64,000 bases of DNA from positions 1,096 through 65,095 of the forward strand of contig CAZCSM010000007.1 in the NCBI GenBank assembly GCA_964501355.1. The letters run 5' to 3'. The notes under the pieces are model-generated. The model saw only the letters and a list, made by a program, of their open reading frames with translations, made no database searches and was not told the origin of the DNA. The translations under genes were made by a program, and so were the position numbers. This document shows, piece after piece, positions 55,931 through 64,000 of the stretch. The stretch comes from an uncultured Candidatus Saccharibacteria bacterium (GTDB lineage: Bacteria > Patescibacteriota > Dojkabacteria > CAZCSM01). Position 1 is the first letter of the stretch. Every line of letters begins with the position of its first letter.

Positions 55931-58225
55931 TTATTTATCTGAATCATCCTTTTCATCATCATCAAGATGAACAAGTCTTGCATCAACAATCTTTTCCTTT
56001 AACCAGACTAATACGCTGATTAAGAACATAAGTCCGACGAAGATCAATACTCCACCAACACAAATCTGTACGAATATATTGCTTGTGACATTTGAAAATA
56101 CGGTTGAAGCAGAATCCTTTGCATTATTGAAAAATTCTTTCAACTTTGCACCAAAGCTTTCTCCCGTTTCTTCTGATTCTCCCTGATTCTCGACGACGTC
56201 TTCACTATCTTGATCCTCAGAATTCTCCTCACCCACTTCTTCCGTAACTTCGGTTCCTGTAACGACATCTTCGCCGGCACCTTTCCCGACATATTGATAT
56301 TCGTAAATATCATCTGCTGTAGCGACAACTGTTGCAGATTCGCCTAAGATTGCACCGCTTGCAATAACAGGACTTATTACGGATGTATTTCCTAAATCAT
56401 CGACGGCTTCGATTGCATAATAGTAACCAGAGCCGGCATCAAGTCCTGTATCCGTCCAACTTGGATTGTGAGTTTGTACAATTAGATTATTTGCATTTGG
56501 TACAAAGTTCGGAACTGTGCTTCGATAAATATTTACATGATCAAAATCATAATCGCTTGGATCAGTCCATCTTAATGTTGCTTGATTTTCTCCATCTAAC
56601 AATATTGCAGGTTCATTCCATTCGATTGGAGAAACAGTTGTATCTTTAACAACTGTAAATTTTACCGCCTTTGAATAAAATTCTAAGTCTGCACTAACTG
56701 ACTTTACGGCGTATACCATAGCTAAGTTTGAACCTTCTGCCAATGGCATCTCGAAACTAAATACGGTTGAATTATTTGGCTCTACAACGTATGCGGAAGT
56801 TACGGAATTCAATTTGATTCCATATCCTGCAAGTTTCGTTCCGGAGACTCGAACAGTGCCTTCATTCGTTCTCTTTACATAAACAAGATTTTTTACAGAC
56901 TCGACTTTAGTATCATAGATAACCAAATCATGAACTTTACTGAAACAATAATTTTCTTCAGTACCCAAAGTCCCGTCACATTCAGATGAGAAAACATCTA
57001 CCGTAACAGCACTTTCAAGATTTTCAACTGACGGAACTCCAACCGTTCTTTCAACTCGATAAACGTCTTTTCCCTTTACATTCACACCTTCCAAAAGTAC
57101 ACCATTTAATCGAACATCGACCCTGTCTAAATTAGTGACCCCTATCTTATTTCTATATGCATCTCGTGCTTCAAAAACAATCTCTAAATCGCCACTTTCG
57201 ACTTCTACATAATTGGCATCAACTCCGTCTTTTGTAACGGACAAAGTAGAATTTGCTGCAACAGCAGAAGAAGCTTTTACAACAACATTAAAATCAGCAC
57301 TATCTGAGAAGCCATCTTCCGAAGCAACGGTAACACTTAATGTGTAATTTCCTGCAGTTTCCATAACGCCGCTTTCAATTACCCAGACATTACTCTTTAA
57401 ATTCGGATCTACTAATAATGTCCCACCATCAAATGCTGCAGTAACTGTTTCGAATTCTTCAGCTTCATAAGAGAAAACCATTCTCTCACCAGCATTGTAC
57501 GTTAATGGAAAAAATACAGATTCATCAAGAACAGGGAATACAACTTTATAACCAACCGAGTAAAAACTTTCTTGCTCAATTGTTATAGAAGAATAATAGA
57601 TAGAATCTTTCTCGCTGAATACAGGTTTATATGACGATTTGTTTTCTCCAGGAATTGGCATACAATTTTCAAAATCAACAACATCATTATCGTCAACTGC
57701 ACAGTCTTTATACCAATTATAAGCTAATTCTAATTCGGGAACCGAATCAGCTGGTGTGACCGTACTTACAAGATTTCCATTCCCATCAGCTTTAACATCA
57801 ACAGTAATTTCTGGAGTAGCAACAACTGTGAAATCTTTATTTGCTTTTGCATAGTAAACAACAGCAGAATCTAATTTATTAGCTGCTGTCACATAGACAA
57901 AATGAGTACTCAATACTGCAGGAGTATATGTTAACGTATTAAAAACTCCGCAGGAAGGATCATCTACCAGATTATCATTATTGAGATCACAGTCAACATC
58001 AGACCAAATTTGCGAAAGATCATAATCGTCTTCATCGAAATTCACATTTTCGACAGGAATCAATTCATATGACAACACTCCGGAAGATTCAGTTATTTCT
58101 ACTGTAAAAGAGGGTTGTACTTCTTGTGCAAATATTGGCATTACAGCTCCAAACATTTGGAGATATGATCCTGCCAGACAGCCAAGAAGAACCTTTGCGT
58201 AGAGAGTTCTTTTGTTCTTGTTCAT
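55931..58225 (-). CDS. Large Ig-like/FN3 surface protein with a C-terminal TM anchor.
   Basis: Signal peptide. Multiple beta-rich Ig-like repeats. FN3-like TLRWTDPSDYDFDHVNIYRS...GYYYAIEAVDDLGNTS. Acidic stretch. C-terminal TM VGGVLIFVGLMFLISVLVWL plus a charged tail. Confidence 0.6.
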   Translation of the reverse strand: MNKNKRTLYAKVLLGCLAGSYLQMFGAVMPIFAQEVQPSFTVEITESSGVLSYELIPVENVNFDEDDYDLSQIWSDVDCDLNNDNLVDDPSCGVFNTLTYTPAVLSTHFVYVTAANKLDSAVVYYAKANKDFTVVATPEITVDVKADGNGNLVSTVTPADSVPELELAYNWYKDCAVDDNDVVDFENCMPIPGENKSSYKPVFSEKDSIYYSSITIEQESFYSVGYKVVFPVLDESVFFPLTYNAGERMVFSYEAEEFETVTAAFDGGTLLVDPNLKSNVWVIESGVMETAGNYTLSVTVASEDGFSDSADFNVVVKASSAVAANSTLSVTKDGVDANYVEVESGDLEIVFEARDAYRNKIGVTNLDRVDVRLNGVLLEGVNVKGKDVYRVERTVGVPSVENLESAVTVDVFSSECDGTLGTEENYCFSKVHDLVIYDTKVESVKNLVYVKRTNEGTVRVSGTKLAGYGIKLNSVTSAYVVEPNNSTVFSFEMPLAEGSNLAMVYAVKSVSADLEFYSKAVKFTVVKDTTVSPIEWNEPAILLDGENQATLRWTDPSDYDFDHVNIYRSTVPNFVPNANNLIVQTHNPSWTDTGLDAGSGYYYAIEAVDDLGNTSVISPVIASGAILGESATVVATADDIYEYQYVGKGAGEDVVTGTEVTEEVGEENSEDQDSEDVVENQGESEETGESFGAKLKEFFNNAKDSASTVFSNVTSNIFVQICVGGVLIFVGLMFLISVLVWLKEKIVDARLVHLDDDEKDDSDK

Positions 58226-58372
58226 TTTGGAAAATTTGATATAAAAAATAAAAACTGCACAATAACCAAATAGGTTTTATGGGGCAGTTTTTTAATTAAG
58301 TGTTAACACTAAGATACACACTCAGAGGAAAGTATGTCAAGGGAAATCTCTTACTTTCTTTTCTTCTTTTTT

Positions 58373-58509
58373 TGTTACCTGGATTTCGGTTGTTAGACGT
58401 TGAAGTCTGAAACAACAGATGTCGGTTGCTATCTGTTTCAAGGTCGTGCTTGGAGGACGTTCTGTTGTTTCAGAAATTTTGGTTACTTTTGTTTGCAAAA
58501 GTAACAGAA
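58373..58509. repeat. Structured intergenic repeat, type A, copy 3.
   Basis: The internal 13-bp perfect stem ctgaaacaacaga / tctgttgtttcag encloses the conserved cggttgctatctgtttcaaggtcgtgcttggag. The 3' hairpin is ggttacttttgtttgcaaaagtaac. Confidence 0.6.
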
Positions 58510-58513
58510 CTAT

Positions 58514-59269
58514 TTATCTTCCCAGCATATCCTTCACAATCGAACTTCCAATATTCGCAGCAAAGTCGCCGGATCTCAACCCACCATGTTCACCCTGATT
58601 AGCACCGGAGGCTTCCCAGATTCTATTCGCCATTCGAGAGAAAGGAAGTGTTTGCAAATAAACTTTTCCAGGACCTGTCAAGAGTGCAAAGAATAAACCT
58701 TCGCCACCAAACAGAGTTCTCTTAAACCCACCGACAAACTTAATATCATAATTAACAGTTGATTCGAAAGCCACGATACAACCGGTATCAACACGAACTG
58801 ATTCACCTGCTTTAAGTTCCATCTCAACAAAATTGCCGCCGGCATGAATAAAGGCAGAGCCGTTTCCTGTTAAGCTTTCCAAAATGAAACCTTCTCCGCC
58901 GAAAAATCCGGCACCAAGTCTTTTCGTCAGCGCAATATCAACATTCACACCTTCCGTACAGCAAAGGAAAGAATCTCTCTGGCAAAGAATTTCTGTTCCA
59001 TTTATTTTTACCACTTGAAGTTTGCCCGGAAACGGCGAAGCGAAACCAACTTCTCCACCATTTTCACCAGCTTGGAAAGTTGTCATGAATAAACTTTCAC
59101 CACCAAACACTCTTTTTATTCCGCCCATTAGCCCACCCTTCATTTCAGCCTCCATTTCTACTGCACCTCGCATATACATCATAGATCCGGCTTCCGCGTA
59201 CATCTTTTCTCCCTTATCTAAATTCACCACAAGAGCCTGCATATTGTCACCAAGAGTTTGCGTCTTCAT
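58514..59269 (-). CDS. AIM24 / TIGR00266 (DUF124) family protein.
   Basis: Gly-rich beta-helix-like repeats GGESLFMTTFQAGENGGEVGFASP...FFGGEGFILESLTG...LFGGEGLFFALLTGPGKVYLQTLP typical of the AIM24 family. Start set at MKTQ (59269); the track ORF extends to 59329. Confidence 0.65.
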   Translation of the reverse strand: MKTQTLGDNMQALVVNLDKGEKMYAEAGSMMYMRGAVEMEAEMKGGLMGGIKRVFGGESLFMTTFQAGENGGEVGFASPFPGKLQVVKINGTEILCQRDSFLCCTEGVNVDIALTKRLGAGFFGGEGFILESLTGNGSAFIHAGGNFVEMELKAGESVRVDTGCIVAFESTVNYDIKFVGGFKRTLFGGEGLFFALLTGPGKVYLQTLPFSRMANRIWEASGANQGEHGGLRSGDFAANIGSSIVKDMLGR

Positions 59270-59399
59270 TTCTAAAAATTTCGAATAAATTACTACTAAT
59301 AATTTATAACAGAAGAGATGAGAAAACAAATTTAAAGAAAGGGTTTCGAATTTTGAATAACGAGTAATGAAGATCTTTCGGAAAGTTGTGTTTCTGTCT

Positions 59400-59535
59400 T
59401 TGTTACCTGTATTCGGTTGTTAGCAGTCGAAGTCTGAAACAAGTGATTCCGGTTGCTATCTGTTTCAAGGTCGTGCTTGGAGGGAGTTCACTTGTTTCAG
59501 GACTTTTGCATACTTTTGGTCACAAAAGTATGAGA
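59400..59535. repeat. Structured intergenic repeat, type A, copy 4.
   Basis: The stem ctgaaacaagtga / tcacttgtttcag shows compensatory changes relative to copy 3. The 3' hairpin variant is gcatacttttggtcacaaaagtatgag. Confidence 0.6.
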
Positions 59536-59609
59536 GAATAAAACCTTCTTTCTACAAATTTAATAATCACCCGATATTATTAGGACAACCTATTTAACAA
59601 ATGTAATCC

Positions 59610-60119
59610 ATGAAAGCACTCTTTATTATTGCACCAAAAGATTTCCGAGACGAAGAACTCTTCGAACCATATCGAGTATTAGAAACAGCCGGAGTTGGAA
59701 TATCCGTTGCATCACTTAGAATAACAATCGCAGAAGGAATCATGGGTGGAGTTCAGCCAATCGATTTGGACATTGATGATGTAAACGTTGACGATTACGA
59801 TGCGATAATCTTCGTCGGCGGGCCCGGAGCAAAAATTTATTTCAATCACTCGCAAGCTCAATTTATTGCACAGGATGCAAATGTCAAAAAGAAAGTAATT
59901 GGAGCAATCTGTGTGGCACCATCAATCCTTGCAAATGCTGGAGTATTGAACGGGAAAAAAGCGACGTGTTTCTCTTCAGAAGTTCCAAAATTAGAAGAAA
60001 AAGGTGCTCTTGTGCAAAAAGATCAGGATATTGTCGTTGATGGGAATATCGTAACAGCATCCGGACCGGAAGTGGCAAGAGAGTTTGGGGAGAAAGTTTT
60101 GGAAGTGATGAAGAAGTAA
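59610..60119 (+). CDS. DJ-1/PfpI family protein.
   Basis: Nucleophile elbow AICVAPSILANAG and the overall DJ-1 layout. Confidence 0.8.
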   Translation: MKALFIIAPKDFRDEELFEPYRVLETAGVGISVASLRITIAEGIMGGVQPIDLDIDDVNVDDYDAIIFVGGPGAKIYFNHSQAQFIAQDANVKKKVIGAICVAPSILANAGVLNGKKATCFSSEVPKLEEKGALVQKDQDIVVDGNIVTASGPEVAREFGEKVLEVMKK

Positions 60120-60123
60120 GAAT

Positions 60124-60378
60124 TTAAATTTCTTCAAACCTACCAGTGTAAACATCCGCATCATTGCGGAAATTACGGACTAATCCCACCTCTTGTCCAT
60201 TTGCAAATACAACATAATCGTGCCGACCATCGGCCCGAGAAACACCTTTGATAGTAACCCAATAACCGCATTTCAATTCGAAGAGCGTATTCCCTCCGTA
60301 TGACAAATCCTCAATATCAGCTCCGGGAAGATCCGGATCGTAGAAATAATCCCGGTAGATTTGATTAAGTGAAGTCAT
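60124..60378 (-). CDS. Small hypothetical protein.
   Basis: 84-aa ORF with reasonable coding character and no motif. Confidence 0.3.
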   Translation of the reverse strand: MTSLNQIYRDYFYDPDLPGADIEDLSYGGNTLFELKCGYWVTIKGVSRADGRHDYVVFANGQEVGLVRNFRNDADVYTGRFEEI

Positions 60379-60530
60379 TGTTTGCAGACATAAACTTTCA
60401 GCGATTATTGAATTTTACAGTTCAGATAATTAAATTTGCATAAAATAGAATCTCAAAGGGAATATTTAGACGTCATCAAGCCTTAAGTGGCTTAAGAATT
60501 CGGAAAGGAAGTTTTGGAAGTGATTAATAG

Positions 60531-61289
60531 TTAAAGTCTTCTGATTTTCTGCAGAAGTTCAACAACGGAAGGTTTATAACCGCCAAGATTATTCAGATAG
60601 TTTTTTAAAGCATTCTCTTCCACAAAGATGATTTTCTTCATCTCCTCGTCAGCATTTGAAAAAAGTTGACTCAGTTGATTGCTATTTACTGCCAAGTCCG
60701 TGAAAGTAATCACTATTACATTGCCAGTGTTTGAAAGAACGAGCCCCAGAATTTCAATGCTTCGTATGTCCAAATCACCAATCCCAAGCTCCTCACAAAG
60801 CTCCGATTTATCCTTCTCTAACAAAGAACTCCCATCTTTAAATTCGAAATCTTCCAAAATGCCACCAATAAAGTCTATATCCGTTGGGGTAACAGATTTA
60901 CCAGATCGTAGCCCAAATACATATTTTCCATCCAAAGTTCTGACCGGACCACCAATCGCCATTCCTTTTCCATAAAAATCCTCGCCATATTCAGATAGGA
61001 TATCTGATAGTCCCGCTAGAGAACGACGAATATTGTACTTAATCTCCGCAACTTCCAATTTTACAGCATCATCAACTTCGGTAACCGTATTCAAACGATA
61101 AGACGTCCCATTAAAAAGAGTTCTACCTTCCCGATCGGCCCACGACTTCAGCTCTTTCCACTTCTCTTCAACCATTTGGTCAATTTGGGGATTCGTTCTT
61201 CTGTTTGATTCAACGACATCAACCTTCAACTTTGAGGAATCAATAGGACCAACAAAAAGAACTTTGGGTTCAATCATAACCGGAAACAT
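60531..61289 (-). CDS. Hypothetical protein, possibly NUDIX-like with a degenerate Nudix box.
   Basis: GGILEDFEFKDGSSLLEKDKSELCEELGI resembles GX5EX7REUXEEXGU with the RE replaced. Confidence 0.4.
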   Translation of the reverse strand: MFPVMIEPKVLFVGPIDSSKLKVDVVESNRRTNPQIDQMVEEKWKELKSWADREGRTLFNGTSYRLNTVTEVDDAVKLEVAEIKYNIRRSLAGLSDILSEYGEDFYGKGMAIGGPVRTLDGKYVFGLRSGKSVTPTDIDFIGGILEDFEFKDGSSLLEKDKSELCEELGIGDLDIRSIEILGLVLSNTGNVIVITFTDLAVNSNQLSQLFSNADEEMKKIIFVEENALKNYLNNLGGYKPSVVELLQKIRRL

Positions 61290-61307
61290 CTAAATTATTT
61301 TCAAACA

Positions 61308-62567
61308 TCAATGACTAGCTCCGTTTCCCGCCACATATCCACTACTCCACGCCCATTGCAGATTATACCCGCCACTATCACCCGCAATATCAACAACCTC
61401 ACCGCAAAAATGAAGACCCGGAACAATTTTCGATTCCATAGTTTTAGGATTAATTTCCGTAACGGAAACACCGCCCATTGTAAACTGAGCTTCATCCCAG
61501 CTTCGAACAGAGACTATTTTAAATTTGTACTTTTTCAATAAATCAACAATCGCCAATCTATCTGCCTTTGAAATCTCCCCTGCTTTTTTGGAAATATCAT
61601 ACCCGGCGAATTCCAGAATTGCCGGAGCAATCTTCTTTTGCATTAAACCAACAAAGCTGAAGCCCAAAGATTTTTTCGGATTAGCTTCCCACCGATCACG
61701 AAGAATTGAATCTAGTGTATTCTTGTCATACTGTGGAAAGAAATCAAGAAATACATCAACGGATGGTTTGTTTTCCAAGTTTAGTACTCTTGAAATTTCA
61801 AAGCTCAAACGCATAATTGCCCAAGCCGATAAGCCAAAATGAGTAAAAAGAACCGTGCCTTCATCTTCCGAAAGTCTTGCGTCACCATCATATGCTGAAA
61901 CTCCGGCTTCAATCTTTACCCCCTGAAGTTTGTTCACAAGAGGCTTGAATGGAGAATCTACATCCAGACCGGATGATACAGGGTATAAGTCCTCAATCGT
62001 ATGACCGAGATTCTTGGCGAAAGAGTAACCATCGCCAGAACTACCAAAAGCAGAATAAGTTTTTCCACCAGTAGCGATAATAACCTTATCCGATTTTAAA
62101 ATTTTACCGTTAAACAAATGCGTTACAAATTCATCTCCAACCTTTTTTATCTCTGTAACTTTTGACTGGAATAAAATCTCAACGCCGAGACTTTCCAGTT
62201 CATATGTCAAAACATCAAGAACAGAATCCGCTTGATCAGAAAGAGGAAAAACACGCCCCTTATCCTCAACCTTGGTTTCCAGTCCGAGTGAGTGGAAGAA
62301 ATCTAATGTATCCCAATTGGAAAATTGCGCAAAAACCGAGGCTGCAAACTTGGGAAACTTGCCGTGATAATTTTCCCATGATACTTCCTGATTTGAGAGA
62401 TTACACCGGCCATTTCCGGAAATTAAAATCTTTTTCCCAAGTTCATTCTTCTTTTCTAAAATAGTTACCTTCGCACCATTTCTCGCTGCAACAATTGCAG
62501 CTGTCATGCCGGCAGGACCGCCACCGATTATAACAATGCTTAATTTTGATTGTTTAATGTTTTTCAT
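61308..62567 (-). CDS. HI0933/BaiN-like flavoprotein (NAD(P)/FAD-dependent oxidoreductase, TIGR00275).
   Basis: IVIIGGGPAGMTAAIVAARNGAKVTILEK...ISGNGRCNLSN and C-terminal GLHFCGEVVDIAGDSGGYNLQWAWSSGYVAG. Confidence 0.8.
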   Translation of the reverse strand: MKNIKQSKLSIVIIGGGPAGMTAAIVAARNGAKVTILEKKNELGKKILISGNGRCNLSNQEVSWENYHGKFPKFAASVFAQFSNWDTLDFFHSLGLETKVEDKGRVFPLSDQADSVLDVLTYELESLGVEILFQSKVTEIKKVGDEFVTHLFNGKILKSDKVIIATGGKTYSAFGSSGDGYSFAKNLGHTIEDLYPVSSGLDVDSPFKPLVNKLQGVKIEAGVSAYDGDARLSEDEGTVLFTHFGLSAWAIMRLSFEISRVLNLENKPSVDVFLDFFPQYDKNTLDSILRDRWEANPKKSLGFSFVGLMQKKIAPAILEFAGYDISKKAGEISKADRLAIVDLLKKYKFKIVSVRSWDEAQFTMGGVSVTEINPKTMESKIVPGLHFCGEVVDIAGDSGGYNLQWAWSSGYVAGNGASH

Positions 62568-62597
62568 TTATAAAACAGCTTTTCAAATATTCTTTTC

Positions 62598-62722
62598 CTT
62601 TTGGGGTCTGGGGGGATGTATGTTTTCTCGGGTAAAGATAAATTCATTATTTCAAAATACAAACGGAAAATGCTACATCCTCCCAGCACTTTTGGTTACT
62701 TTTTGTGTAAAAAGTAACAGAA
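62598..62722. repeat. Structured intergenic repeat, type B, copy 2.
   Basis: ggggtctggggggatgtatg...tacatcctcccagcacttttggttactttttgtgtaaaaagtaacag. The stem shows compensatory changes relative to B1. Confidence 0.55.
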
Positions 62723-62783
62723 CTTTTCAGAGCAAACCTCACCCTACCCCTCTCCTATTAGGAGAGGGAACAGCACTCTACCT

Positions 62784-63989
62784 TCAATTCACTTCGGCAA
62801 CAGTATTATCTTTCAATAAAAATCCCAATATCAAATAACCAATAGATGCAATTAAGAACAGAACCCAATATTCATAATTCAGAAAAATCAAAACTGCTGC
62901 AACAATCGACATCAATGTCCTACCGATATCAAGAGCTACCTCCCGTATTATAACAGGCCACATCGGATTGTCATGCTTTGCATCAGCATACACAATAACG
63001 TCAATTGGAACTGAATAAGCTGTGCGGAAAAGACTGAAGAGCGAATCTAAAAAGAATATGTGTAGACCATTCTGAACAAACAGCTTTCCAATCCAGATAA
63101 TTCCATTAAACACAGCGCTAAACTTATCAATTCCGCCAACCTTCTTTTCATCAGACAACTTACCGATAAAGTATGTGAAGATGGCTAATGCGAGTGAAAT
63201 GGATGATGATAAAACCCCAAGTTTCAAAATATTGTTAATGAAGAGGAAGATGAATATTCCCCAAACAACATCTTGAATTATACTTTCAAAACCAATTACA
63301 AAATAATCTGGAAAAAGCCTTTTCTCTTTTTCATACTCTTTCCGAAAATCTCTTGTATTAATATCACCAATATCCAAATCAAGTTCTCCAAAGTTCAAAG
63401 CAATTGAAGAGAGAACAAACATGAAGAATGCAATCACAAAAAGAACGTTGTATCCTCCGAAATCTTCAATGATCAATGCGGAAAGCGTAGGACTAACAAT
63501 ACCGATTATCGAACCTACAATACTTAGAAATCCCATCTGCTTCCCCATTGTGTCCGATTTGTTCTTTACGGAAAAAACAGTATGGTACGGAATCCAATAA
63601 ATATTTGTCATTATCGCTGCTGTGAAAATGTTGGGAATTAGCCACCACAGATTGTTTTGAGAAAGGGCATAAAGAGAAATCGAGATTGCGGACAAAGCAG
63701 ATCCTGTGATTAATAAAGTCTTTGAGCCGATTTTATTAACAAGTTTTGCAACAGGGATAATCGTTATGAATTTCACAAGGTAGATTGCTGCTTGGCGGAG
63801 AAGAACTAAAGCAAAGGATGTTGTTTCTGAAAACCCAAAAGCTTTGAACACGTTAAAAAGAAAAATATTTCCGAAAATTCCAAGGAAGCTATATCCAAAA
63901 TTTCGGAGGATTGATCCCAAATAAAGAAACTTCGGAACACCGTCTGTTACTTTTGATAAGAAGTGATCACTACGAAACCGAGTACTCAT
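62784..63989 (-). CDS. MFS transporter.
   Basis: 12-TM hydrophobicity pattern with an MFS-like loop between TM2 and TM3. Confidence 0.7.
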   Translation of the reverse strand: MSTRFRSDHFLSKVTDGVPKFLYLGSILRNFGYSFLGIFGNIFLFNVFKAFGFSETTSFALVLLRQAAIYLVKFITIIPVAKLVNKIGSKTLLITGSALSAISISLYALSQNNLWWLIPNIFTAAIMTNIYWIPYHTVFSVKNKSDTMGKQMGFLSIVGSIIGIVSPTLSALIIEDFGGYNVLFVIAFFMFVLSSIALNFGELDLDIGDINTRDFRKEYEKEKRLFPDYFVIGFESIIQDVVWGIFIFLFINNILKLGVLSSSISLALAIFTYFIGKLSDEKKVGGIDKFSAVFNGIIWIGKLFVQNGLHIFFLDSLFSLFRTAYSVPIDVIVYADAKHDNPMWPVIIREVALDIGRTLMSIVAAVLIFLNYEYWVLFLIASIGYLILGFLLKDNTVAEVN

Positions 63990-64000
63990 AATCCAAGTTC

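Noticed and set aside
35098-62722. Whether the six ~135-bp repeats and the REP units could be a CRISPR array.
   Set aside because: Copies are dispersed over ~28 kb between unrelated genes. They are not regularly spaced and there are no repeat-spacer units or cas genes.

Overview
The window is about 64 kb at roughly 38-40% GC, bacterial, with most genes on the minus strand. It mixes housekeeping genes with a large accessory block.

Housekeeping genes: a partial secA; serS; lysS carrying a long C-terminal extension; a ThrRS-like class II synthetase that lacks the editing region; a Sua5-type tsaC; trmD; two tandem greA paralogs; a long-form hpf; a DEAD-box helicase; a tRNA-Glu; and ligT.

Accessory block, 12.8-33.1 kb: three co-directional giant secreted or surface proteins.
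- An 11.7-kb gene for a 3911-aa protein with repeated Pmp-like 'GGGAI' beta-helix units plus LamG, FN3 and Big domains.
- An FG-GAP/Ig protein with an LPQTG sorting signal.
- A roughly 2000-aa SBBP beta-propeller protein with Myxococcus cysteine-rich repeats, broken by a 2-bp frameshift.
The two largest proteins share a conserved C-terminal module of about 300 aa: LPxTG(D/E)E, a TM segment, a transthyretin/CarbopepD_reg-like domain, a 2-TM hairpin and a second CarbopepD_reg-like domain.

A second locus at 52.4-58.2 kb encodes a sortase, membrane proteins, a CAP-domain LPQTGDE protein and an Ig/FN3 surface protein.

Intergenic DNA holds two repeat families:
- short REP-like hairpin units built as 'GTCATCCCGG...CCGGGATCTCG', with at least 10 copies, two of which supply codons at ORF termini;
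- a roughly 135-bp element in two subtypes, six copies in total, whose internal stems show compensatory base changes and which ends in a conserved 'GGTTACTTTTG...CAAAAGTAAC' hairpin. This is a candidate structured ncRNA or MITE.

Other points of interest:
- a MazF-like toxin gene sits between tsaC and a degenerate duplicate of the tsaC 3' end, next to an AT-rich LOG-family gene;
- a small ABC-type ATPase is adjacent to a GIY-YIG nuclease and an APH-family kinase;
- an 'AAACATCGAC' direct-repeat motif is shared by two promoter regions;
- a four-helix-bundle (23S IVS protein) gene is flanked by inverted repeats.

I found no CRISPR array, rRNA or obvious prophage. The lineage cannot be assigned from sequence alone. 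The sortase/LPxTG machinery points to a monoderm-type envelope.
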